A DNA stretch of 64,000 bases from Chrysomallon squamiferum (lineage: Eukaryota; Animalia; Mollusca), in NCBI GenBank assembly GCA_012295275.1, contig CM022676.1:17422001-17486000 (forward strand), given 5' to 3'. Below, piece by piece: positions 14,547-25,544 of this stretch. Below the pieces are notes generated by a model. It saw only the letters and a program-made list of their open reading frames with translations. It ran no database searches and was not told the origin of the DNA. Each line of letters starts with the position of its first letter. Positions within the stretch are counted from its first letter, which is position 1. Both the position numbers and the translations under genes were made by a program.

Positions 14547-15960
14547 AGACTTTCCTTGTACTAATCTGCTTTTGTTACTGTGTATTGAGAATACACGCAA
14601 CACAAAAACTGAGAAGAATGTAAATTGATAGTTAAACAACTGAGTTAATGTGTGTTTTTCATACCATGTTTTTTAGAAACTTCTCTGTCTGTTCTGCTGT
14701 CTGTGTGTGTCCCATTCTGATGTTTAGATAACAACACTTGTCTGTTTTGTGCTATGTGTCTGAAAAAATAAAAACAAACAATTTATTTCTTTACTGTTTT
14801 TATTTAAACATTATTTACTGTTAAATATGCATATCAATACCATTTACTGATACAAATGAATGTTTGTAGACAAAAAATATTTCATCTATTAGATTTCAAT
14901 TGTGCATACATGCATACACAGTCTGAGTTAATGAATGATTAAAAATAAATATTTAAAAAATAGACTAAAGTGGTTTACCAAAATATAAATGTAAATTCTG
15001 AATCAAAAAACAAATCAGTATCTTTGAAAAATATAATATTATAGCCCGATTATTGATAAATATAAATGTTGCTAAAATATAACAAATATGAAATAAAGAA
15101 GAAATATTTTATTTAAGAACACCAATATCTTGTTTTTACTAGTCCTTTCCATTTTAAAAGATAAACAACAATACAGATAATGAAAAAGAAAACCTGATTC
15201 TGCAATATGAACTGACACCCTTTTAAAACAAGAAACTAAAAATCTGTTTTTAATATACATTTTTCCAGAGAAAACAAAACATATACCTTGATCTTAGCAA
15301 TGTCAGGCATGGATCTCAAGCTAGATTGGGAAATAACGTTATTAGTTCTCCATACAAGACTGACCCTAGAACCCAACAAACTTTAATCATGCACTCTAAC
15401 CACTGCTATCCATTGCTACAAATTTAACAAAATGAATTAAGTGAATACTTACAGTGAAGAGTATGTTTTGTTGTGTTGCTAATGGTTACTTGGTGTTTTG
15501 TGACACTTGACCTCCTGTTCCATAGCGAAATGTTGAAATGAAATTAATAAAAATAATCTGATGAAATAAATCTTCATAAAATTTAACTGAGATGCAATCA
15601 TTTAAAAACTACTTTAGTATTAACTTTCTTTATTGGTAGCCTTATAAAATCTGACCATTATATAAGGATCTTTCAAAGCCTGAAATCATCTATTTTAAAT
15701 AATAAAAAAGTATTTACATAGGTAATATCATATGTCAGTATATACACTACAACTCAATATTATAAATACCAATTTTTCCAGTACAATATTAAATTTCATA
15801 AATTCATATAATAAAAGATTTAATATAATTTTGGACTTGTAACATCCATTTTGTTTAACACAAATTCTGAATCATAATTAAAAACTCTAACAAAACTTAC
15901 TTTCTGCTTCCTGCACATTCAGAAGCTGTCCTGTTTCTGTCAGTTGGATCATTTGAATCC

Positions 15961-16251
15961 AGAAGATCTGGAGAAAGGCTGACAGGTTTTCTTGTACGAT
16001 ATCTCGTGTTTACAGAAGATCAGCTCTGTGAGAAAGGCTGACAGGTTTTCTTGTACGCTATCTCATGTTTACAGATCAGCTCTGTGAGAAAGGCTGACAG
16101 GTTTTCGTGTACGCTATCTCGTGTTTACAGATCAGCTCTGTGAGAAAGGCTGACAGGTTTTCGTGTACGCTATCTCATGTTTACAGAAGATCAGCTCTGT
16201 GAGAAAGGCTGACAGGTTTTCTTGTACGCTATCTCGTGTTTACAGAAGATC
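15961..16251. repeat. 56/59-bp minisatellite, 5 copies
   Basis: gagaaaggctgacaggttttc starts at 15971, 16030, 16086, 16142 and 16201. Confidence 0.95.
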
Positions 16252-16407
16252 CTCGTAGGTGAAGTGGAAAAAGTTGAGGGGAAATGCTGTTCACAGAATG
16301 TTTGGATGAGACGTAGATTACATAAATAATTAGTTATTCGTAACCCATCCTTCAAACATATATCTGAAAAATAAATAAATAACAATGAGAAATCAATATT
16401 TAGTAAC

Positions 16408-16488
<81 letters not shown>

Positions 16489-17756
16489 CTATACAGATCA
16501 TATTAAGTACCCAAAAGAAAACCGCATGTAATATTAAAATAGGAATTTGTGAATTATGAAATATAAAATTTAAAAATAACAACAACACATATATCTTAAC
16601 TAGATATTAACTTTCATAAATTTAGTATATCTAAATTTTAAAATTACGTTCTAATACATTATTTTATTTACAAAAATTGTGTTACTAAACAAACCATGAA
16701 AACTGAGAGACTGCAGACAATAGACACTTCGGATAACAGGAACTGTACATCCGTGTCTACATCTTTTAGTATGTCTGTCATCACAGGAACAGTGACACTG
16801 TGTGAAGGGCCGCAGTTCCAGTCTGGTAACAGGAAAGTTAAACATTTTAAAATACTGATGAAATATGAAGCTGCTTCTTTTCTTTTATAATATAGAAATA
16901 AAAAATTAGAACAAAATAATCACATTTATATGAATATAATTAATGTATGTGTGTGTGTGTGTCTGTGTGTGTATGTCTGTGTGTGTCTGTGTGTGTGAGT
17001 GTGTGTGCATGCATGCTCACACAAGCAAGCACAAGTCAAACATACACAATGTGAAGTGTAGGGTGTGTTACAGGATACTAATGTAATTTGTGTATATGTA
17101 CACATGTACTTACTGATAAATTAGCTACAAACTGCATCTTCATATATTAAATTAAACTTCATTAGCTGATTAGATTTAGAAAAATGACAAACATGTAAGA
17201 AAACAAACTAAAATTCACCTGCTCAGCTTTTTTCTCTTCTACAATGGCAGCAGTACAATCTTCATTTAACCAGAAAATAACTGTGTCCTCATGGAAGTTC
17301 ACTGGATGTGTTAAAAGTTGCAATTTCTCTGAACATTTTAAATTTACTTTTTCAAAATGCTGAATGTAAAGACTGAGGTTTCACAACATTACATGATAGA
17401 TTATACAAAATATTTTGCTTCTTCTCCCTCTCTCTCTCTGTCTCTCCTTTCCTATTTTTCTCTCATACATTTATGATTTACACGTTTAACTACAATGATC
17501 GTAATTCTTCTGCTTCTTTTCACTGAACACTTAAAATACTTTCTTTATTAGTAGCCTTCTGAAATACCAACCATTATATAAGGATCTTTTTTTAAGCCTG
17601 AAATCATCGATTTTAAATAATAAATATGTATTTACTTAGGTAAACGTATCCATCAGTATATACACTAAAACTGAATATTACTTACTTTGAAATGTCTGGT
17701 TGCAGTTTTGAAAACTCCCCAATGTAAATAAAATAAATTATTATGCTTTTACTTAC

Positions 17757-18021
17757 CCTGGCTGTCAAGAACAATCAACACAAGATATCACCGTCCGGCT
17801 CATATACACGTGGATCCCATGAGGTTTTTCGCTTTTTCTTTCAACGACCGGTCCGATTTAACTGACGTAAAAATGGTGCGATCATTATTCCAAAACATGT
17901 TACAAATGTAATCTTCACTGAAGTACCTGAAATCCAGCTGACAGCTTTTCAAAGATATAGTAGTATCTCTTAAATAATCCAGAAATTCAAAGACAAATTG
18001 TGTAAGTTATTCGGCCGCCAT
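17757..18021 (-). pseudogene. First exon of a decayed SWIM zinc-finger protein (SWIM-YqaJ type, transposon-associated)
   Basis: ATG at 18021 (minus strand). Reads MAAE*LTQFVFEFLDYLRDTTISLKSCQLDFRYFSEDYICNM..DRSL / RKSEKPHGIHVYMSRTVISCVDCS(C)TA(G), then a GTAAGT donor. Matches the Y-F-x-E-x-Y-I...R-S-x-R-K-S-E-x-P-H...C-S-C-x-A-G pattern, with one stop and two frameshifts. Confidence 0.65.
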
Positions 18022-18110
18022 TGTTTTAAACTTGTCAAACCGAACACTGATAGAGTTATCTCCCTTTTGGGGGCGGAGTTATGATATCGTGCTGAGGTCA
18101 TTAGGATCGT
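18005..18110. promoter_or_regulatory. CpG-island-like bidirectional promoter
   Basis: cggccgccattgttt (YY1-like), GC box GGGGCGGAGT at 18070-18079, local CpG excess; exon chains run away from it on both strands. Confidence 0.55.
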
Positions 18111-19431
18111 ATACATCATGCTTCATATTGTTGTCATGAAATATAGGACACTTGTATTGTAATGTATGTCAGTATATGCAGCCATTATTTATGTGTATAG
18201 ATACATATATTAAAGATGTCTCTGTTTAGTTATTTGTTTATTTAATCTGATTTATATTTCTTTCAGCGTGAAATGTCAGTGCAGACATTGCTCTGTTTTG
18301 TTTATAGCATACGTTGTTGATCATCAAACCTGCAGGGTTAATTAACTCACATACACATAATTATGTAAATATACATACATCCACCCATCCATTTTACTTT
18401 CTCAAATTATTTATTGATTTGGATTTCTGAAACCACAATCATGCACTAATATTTTAAAATGTTCATTATAACCTCTTAATTTACATAAATATTGAGATAT
18501 TGTTAATATTGTATTATATTTTATATCTTTTGACACACTATATATTTAAATATTTAAATTTATTTTTCTCTACATAGGATATGACATTCTTTCCTGCAGT
18601 GAAGATTTAGGAATGTTCTGTTCTTACACAAACACCTCTAACCGAAGTGATTTCAGAACATTATTACTCTGTAGAATTGACAGAAGCAGTCACAATCTGA
18701 GATTGCTGTAAAACCAAGGGTAAGAAACTTTTCACAGTGTAATTTTTACTTCCACATTTCTGTACACTGATGATAATTACACAATTGTTAACACATGTTG
18801 GGAACAGGTAAGTAGTTTCTCTTTTTAGAGTAAACACATTTCATTGGTCTAGAACGTAAATCTAAAGTCTGACTCACAGAGTATATATTTTCTTTTATCA
18901 GATTTATCCATCAGCAACCTAAAATATAACCTTTTTTAAAATACATTCATATGTAGTCAGTGTTTTCCTAAGATTCATACATTTTTGTTATTTTTACTTA
19001 ACCTGTTCACAGTTTGATTATTTTAGTCTTAAACTGACATGTGTGAGCTGACATATGAAAGGTTCTAAGTTGCAGAGTAAAAGTATTTCAGTGTCTGTGA
19101 CTAGTGGAGTGACACAAGTTTTTAGATGTTGATTCTAGGATGAGTTTTAGAGCACTTTTATGAACTGTTATTTGCTGGATGGTTTATTTTCTGAAAAAAG
19201 AGAATCTTACATGATGTGTATCAACCGCAAGCTTCTTTATTTTTTTACACAGCAGAGAAATACAGGAATGAAAGAAATATCAAAATACATATCAATGAAA
19301 AAATTCAGCTTAAGACATGATTTTGTGTGATGGGTCAAATGTTATGTCTTTCCAGTAAATTCTCTAATTCATCTCTTCAGTGTCTTTAGTGATCTCAGTT
19401 TTGACTTTCCATATATGTTTAGACACTGCTT

Positions 19432-19810
19432 GGTGATATCAGTACACCATTACACTCATTTCCTTCTAGAATTGTTCAGTATTGTCAGTGATCTCTGTAT
19501 ACCAGTACACTCATTTACTTCTAGAATTGTTCAGTGTTGTCAGTGATCTTACTACACCATTACACTCATTTACTTCTAGAATTGTTCAGTAGTGTGTGTT
19601 ATCTCAGTACACTATTACACTCATTTACTTCTAGAATTCTTCAGTAGTGTGTGTTATCTCAGTACCCCATTACACTCATTTACTTTTAGAATTGTTCAGT
19701 ATTGTCAGTGATATCAGTATACCATTACACTCATTTACTTCTAGAATGTTTCAGTATTGTCAGTGATCTCAGTACACCATTACACTCATTTACTTCAAGA
19801 ATTGTTCAGT
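19432..19810. repeat. 55-bp minisatellite, 7 copies
   Basis: tacactcatt at 19451, 19506, 19561, 19616, 19671, 19726 and 19781. Confidence 0.95.
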
Positions 19811-20099
19811 TGTTTTTAACTTAGATGCCTGTTCTTACTTCAGAAAAGAAAAGTTAAATAAAAAGAAAACATAATTTTCTTAAACACTTTTACATTGGGA
19901 CTGATCTTTAATTCTTTCAGACATATATTTTGGGGATAAGAACTAGGGAATATTCCACACAGAAGTTGTAACAGTATTTTGGTTCCATTCAGATTATTAT
20001 GTTTTCAAGTATCAGTCGGTTAAAACATTTGTGATGTTTAATTTTAGAATATCTGAAAATCAAATTCAAAATATTAATGTCATATATTTTCCTAGCAGA

Positions 20100-20650
20100 G
20101 AGTAGAAATTGAGGCCACATGTTTTATTATTATAAAAATGTATTTAACAACACAGGTCTTAACTGTTAGAGATGATGCTATAAATGGACTATATAAACCA
20201 CTTAGTTGTGGCCTACAGACAGAACTAAATGCTGTGACATAAACCACTATAACTAGTCTAATCAATAATAAGAGTAGATTTACAAAATGAAGAGACATTT
20301 ACATCACAAAACTTGGTTCAAGGACAGGTGTTACTCAGTGTTGTCATTGGCAACATTAACCTTCTTTCTACAGACATAACTAAATGGTGCGACATAAATC
20401 AGCCATAATAGTGAATAGTCTTGGGAACTGCATAGTCATTTGTGTAAAAAAACTGAGTTTAAGGGAGAAGGGCTTTTACTAGGGTTTTACTGTAAGTTGT
20501 CACTGGAAACATTTATATTTATTTTACAGAGAGAAATAAATGATGTGACATAAATCAATAGATGTGGTCTCATTACTTACTACCTTAAGAGATTACAAAA
20601 TAACTCATTCTTACATAACATTGGTTTGACACTGATATTGCAGTATCTTA
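20100..20650. repeat. Old ~156-bp tandem repeat, about 3 copies
   Basis: tacagac..aactaaatg.tg.gacataaa at about 20213, 20369 and 20524. Confidence 0.65.
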
Positions 20651-22723
20651 ATCTGTTCTGTGTTTAGGTAAGTTGAAAGTGATTGGTCACTACTGAAGAT
20701 GGAAGCCGTTGTAGATGATGTGTCTGATAAGGCAAGTTTTTTCAAGGGGTGGGTGGTTGTGTGTGTGTTTCGTGTTGTTTTTCTAATATATTTTAGTTTA
20801 GAATCTTGAAATCGTTTGACACATTAATTTGTGTAGGTAACGTTCTTTCTATTTGTGTTCTTGCATGTGTCAGTAATTCAATTAAACTTAGTTTGTGGGC
20901 ATCTGTTCTGACTAATTGTTATAATAAAACTGCCAATTTACAATAAAGTATTATTTTTTTCTATTTGTAACCTGTTTTCATCACCTGATCATATGCACAT
21001 TATTAATATTCACATTTGTTTCTATGTTGTTGTTTTCATTTGGTGTTCTATTTAAATATAATAATAACTTGTAACATTTCTCATATTTCCTCATTATACT
21101 TTTGCAGTGTTAAAAAGTGGAAAAATCATTTATTGCAATTCCTTATCCAGAGTTGAATTGTGATGTGACATTTGGATGGGATGAAACACTAGAGGTATTT
21201 ATATCAAACATTTTTTTTTCTCTCTTTCTTTTTGGCTTTAATATAAGATCAGTTTTCATGTATGTTGCTGTGATGGAAGATACTTTTTGTTAGATCCTGG
21301 GTTTAAAACAATAGTGTAACAAAACATTTCAGACTGAGTCAGATGAGGATCAGACTTGTAAGAAGCAGCAAGCGCACAAGGACAAAGTCTTGTTACACCA
21401 CAACATGACAGCTCTGATGATTACAGTGATCATTTCTGATGTGAATGAGTGAAGAAGACATAATCTCGAGTAAGTTGCAGTATTTTTTTTACACACTCAC
21501 ACACATACACATAATTACATTCAGTTATAAGCTACTTGAAACTGTTTATTACATTAATAAGTCATATATAATTTGAAATGTATATGTCTGACACACATTT
21601 CTACTGTGAATTGTTTTATTGAGATAAACATTTGTAGTCAACAGAAACCAGTAATGAACCAGTTACATTTTTTGTTATAAATTTTCAGTTCTTTCACTTC
21701 CTTTATGTTTGTTTGTGTTTCTTACAGTTAAACTGATTTAGTTATTGTTACAAATTCTCAGTTGTTTCCCTTCCTTTGTGTTTATTTATGCTTCTTACAT
21801 TTAAACCAGACATAATAATCAAAACATGGTGGTAAATGTTTTACGTATCAGCTGGTTAGGTTCTGTGATGGGACTCTACTTCTGCTGTAGTATCGCTTTT
21901 CATGTAATTATGATCACAATAAATAAATAAGTAATTTTGTGCGTTTTACAAAATGATATAATATAGTTCATGGTTACATTAAACATTGATAAAGTTCAGA
22001 TAAAGAATTCATTCATAGTTAAAGTGTCCTTTGATGATATAAAAACAATTTTCATGTGTTTTATTTTATTTATTTTTTTATTTTTTTTGTTAGTACTAGT
22101 TGTTTTATTTGGGATACTCAGGCATGTTGGTATCAGGGGTAATGAAAAGTCAGTTTCTGCAGCCAAGTCTGCTTTATTTTTGCCGCGTGTCAAGGTTGGT
22201 GTGCCTAACAGTGATTTTAATCAGCAAATTCCCTGAATTCTGTATTTGCAACTTACAGGTTCAACTCTGCTGTTTGGTCTCAGTGGGAAGAAGCCCAGGT
22301 AGACCAAGGCAAGACTTGACTGATGACAGTGAGACACACGTCCACTTCTGAAAGTCTGGTGGAGGCACTAGCAGAACATCTGACTCCATTCTCAGTACCT
22401 GTGTTCAGAGACAAGTGGAAGTCAGAAAAATATAAAACTGTCACTAGCAGGTGTCCAGCATTTCAGACACTCAGCCTCATGTTTTGTGTGTGGAGGATGC
22501 AGAGGAAACAGCTCATGTCTACACACAGACCACACAGACCTTTCAGTGTCTGCAGCATGAAGATAATCACACCAAAGAGTGAAAGAAGACAACCCTCACC
22601 AGACTCTCCCTTCTCCAACAGCAGATGATCAGACACCCCCCACCGGTGCACAAACAGACTCCACCACCCAAGTCAATGCATGACCAGGAACACCCAGCAC
22701 TGGAAAAGACTCCTCACCCCCAG

Positions 22724-24765
22724 CAGTGAATGACCAGACTCACCCATCCCCATCAGTAAACAACCAGACTCCTACAAATCTACCAGTGAATGACCAGACT
22801 CATCCATCCACATCAGTAAACAACCAGTCTCCTACACATCTACCAGTGAATGACCAGACTCACCCATCCAATCAGTAAACAACCAAACTCCTACAAATCT
22901 ACAAATGAATGACCAGACTCGCCCATCCTATCAGTAAACAACCAGTCTCCTACAAATCTACCAGTGAATGACCAGACTCACCCATCCACATCAGTAAACA
23001 ACCAGTCTCCTACAAATATACCAGTGAATGACCAGACTCACCCATCCCGATCAGTAAAGAACCAAACTCCTACAAATCTACCAGTGAATGACCAGACTCG
23101 CCCATCCCGATCAGTAAACAACCAGACTCCTACAAATCTACCAGTGAATGACCAGACTCGCCCATCTCCATCAGTAAACAACCAGTCTCCTACAAATCTA
23201 CCAGTGAATGACCAGACTCATCCATCCACATCAGTAAACAACCAGACTCCTACAAATCTACAAGTGAATGACCAGACTCACCCATCCACATCAGTAAACA
23301 ACCAGTCTCCTACAAATATACCAGTGAATGACCAGACTCACCCATCCACATCAGTAAACAACCAGACTCGTACAAATGTACCAGTGAATGACCAGACTCA
23401 CCCATCCACATCAGTAAACAACCAGACTCGTACAAATGTACCAGTGAATGACCAGACTCACCCATCCACATCAGTAAACAACCAGACTCGTACAAATCTA
23501 CCAGTGAATGACCAGACTCACTCATCCACATCAGTAAACAACCAGTCTCCTACAAATCTACCAGTGAATGACCAGACTCACCCATCCACATCAGTAAACA
23601 ACCAGTCTCCTACAAATCTACCAGTGAATGACCAGACTCACCCATCCACATCAGTAAACAACCAGTCTCCTACAAATCTACCAGTGAATGACCAGACTCA
23701 CCCATCCCCATTACTAAACAACCAGTCTCCTATAAATCTACCAGTGAATGACCAGACTCACCCATCCCCATTACTAAACAACCAGTCTCCTATAAATCTA
23801 CCAGTGAATGACCAGACTCACCCATCCACATCAGTAAACAACCAGTCTCCTACAAATCGACCAGTGAATGACCAGACTCACCCATCCAATCAGTAAACAA
23901 CCAAACTGCTACAAATCTACCAGTGAATGTCCAGACTCATCCATCCACATCAGTAAACAACCAGACTCGTACAAATCTACCAGTGAATGACCAGACTCGC
24001 CCATCCCGATCAGTAAACAACCAGTCTCCTATAAATCTACCAGTGAATGACCGGACTCATCCATCCACATCAGTAAACAACCAGTCTCCTACAAATCTAC
24101 CAGTGAATGACCAGACTTACCCATCCACATCAGTAAACAACCAAACTCCTACAAATCTACCAGTGAATGACCAGACTCGCCCATCTCCATCAGTAAACAA
24201 CCAGACTCCTACAAATCTACCAGTGAATGACCAGACTTACCCATCCACATCAGTAAACAACCAGTATCCTACAAATCTACCAGTGAATGACCAGACTCAC
24301 CCATCCCCATCAGTAAACAACCAGTCTCCTACAAATCTACCAGTGAATGACCAGACTTACCCATCCACATCAGTAAACAACCAGTCTCCTACAAATCTAC
24401 CAGTGAATGACCAGACTCACCCATCCACATCAGTAAACAACCAGACTCGTACAAATCTACCAGTGAATGACCAGACTCACCCATCCATATCAGTAAACAA
24501 CCAGACTCCTACAAATCTACCAGTGAATGACCAGACTCACCCATCCACATCAGTAAACAACCAGTCTCCTACAAATCTACCAGTGAATGACCAGACTTAC
24601 CCATCCACATTACTAAACAACCAGTCTCCTACAAATCTACCAGTGAATGACCAGACTCACTCATCCACATCAGTAAACAACCAGTCTCCTACAAATCTAC
24701 CAGTGAATGACCAGACTCACCCATCCACATCAGTAAACAACCAGACTCCTACAAATCTATCAGTG
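22724..24765. repeat. 60-bp minisatellite (2 x 30-bp higher-order repeat), about 34 copies
   Basis: Unit cagtgaatgaccagactcacccatccacat + cagtaaacaaccagtctcctacaaatctac; 1-nt deletions near 22870, 22930 and 23888. Confidence 0.97.
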
Positions 24766-25221
24766 GGCGACATGGCTCTCACAGACTACTCACTTGTATG
24801 TATTCATTCTGTCTCACCCTAATTTTATGTAGTCTTCAAAATCTCCATCCTCTAACAGATCAACTGAATAATATAACACTTCTCAGTGTGCTTATTCAAA
24901 AATCTTGTGTTTTAAAAATGTGTAATTTTCTATTTCTGAGCTGTGCCATTGTTTTCCTGTAATTTAAGAGTTTCAAACATTTAGACTAATATTTAGTAAG
25001 AAATACACTGATGTGATTATGCTAACATGTGCACACATGTGTAGCTGTTTTCAGTGCAGTGATTGTGTATCACTCAGTATGTAACTTTTTCTTTGTTGAT
25101 TTCAAGTGTGTCATAAAAAACATCTATGTGAGAAACATTTTATTTTTGTCAATCTTTTCCTCATAGTTCTGCATGAAGTGAATTTTACTTATTTCAATCA
25201 TCTCATTTGAAAAGAATATTA

Positions 25222-25271
<50 letters not shown>

Positions 25272-25512
25272 TTTTAAAAAAATCAGGAAAAAGACATGAA
25301 CCTCTAGAAGGAAAGGTTCCTCTGAGCTCTCCATAAATAACAAGCGGATTACTATTGTGTGAGAAACGTTACATTTTGCCACAACGATAGTTTAGTATAA
25401 GTCAATATTTTGATTTTGCCATTTTCTGATTCCTACTTTTAATACTGAAATAAAAACTGTTTCTGTTTTGATTCCTGTCATATTTTTTTTTATTATTATT
25501 ATGTTTTTCACT

Positions 25513-25544
<32 letters not shown>

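Larger units (their letters stand above)
12030..17328 (-). pseudogene. Downstream minus-strand exon chain of the same decayed gene or lncRNA
   Basis: Paired minus-strand splice signals at 17219-17328, 16695-16822, 15901-16363 and about 14666-14759; no continuous ORF. Confidence 0.4.
18600..25460 (+). ncRNA. Candidate spliced lncRNA or pseudogene transcript ending in the 60-bp minisatellite
   Basis: Exon-like segments with canonical ends at 18600-18719, 21108-21194 and 21294-21469, and an acceptor at 22258; stops in every joined frame I tried. Confidence 0.3.

Noticed and set aside
4110-18110. Terminal inverted repeats or Helitron ends delimiting the fossil transposon
   Set aside because: No matching termini, TSD or hairpin-CTRR end could be identified by eye.
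18600-22330. EHYYS (HCF-binding-like), a possible second THAP remnant near 21100-21340 and GRSPGRPR (AT-hook-like)
   Set aside because: Very short motifs in frames broken by stops; could be chance.
15961-24765. Regular 55-60 bp repeats as a possible CRISPR array
   Set aside because: Units are head-to-tail with no unique spacers, there are no cas genes, and the context is eukaryotic.
22964-24822. 310-aa and 299-aa repeat ORFs as a real mucin CDS
   Set aside because: GTG starts, frameshifts between them, stops upstream and no signal peptide; kept only as a repeat and a finding.
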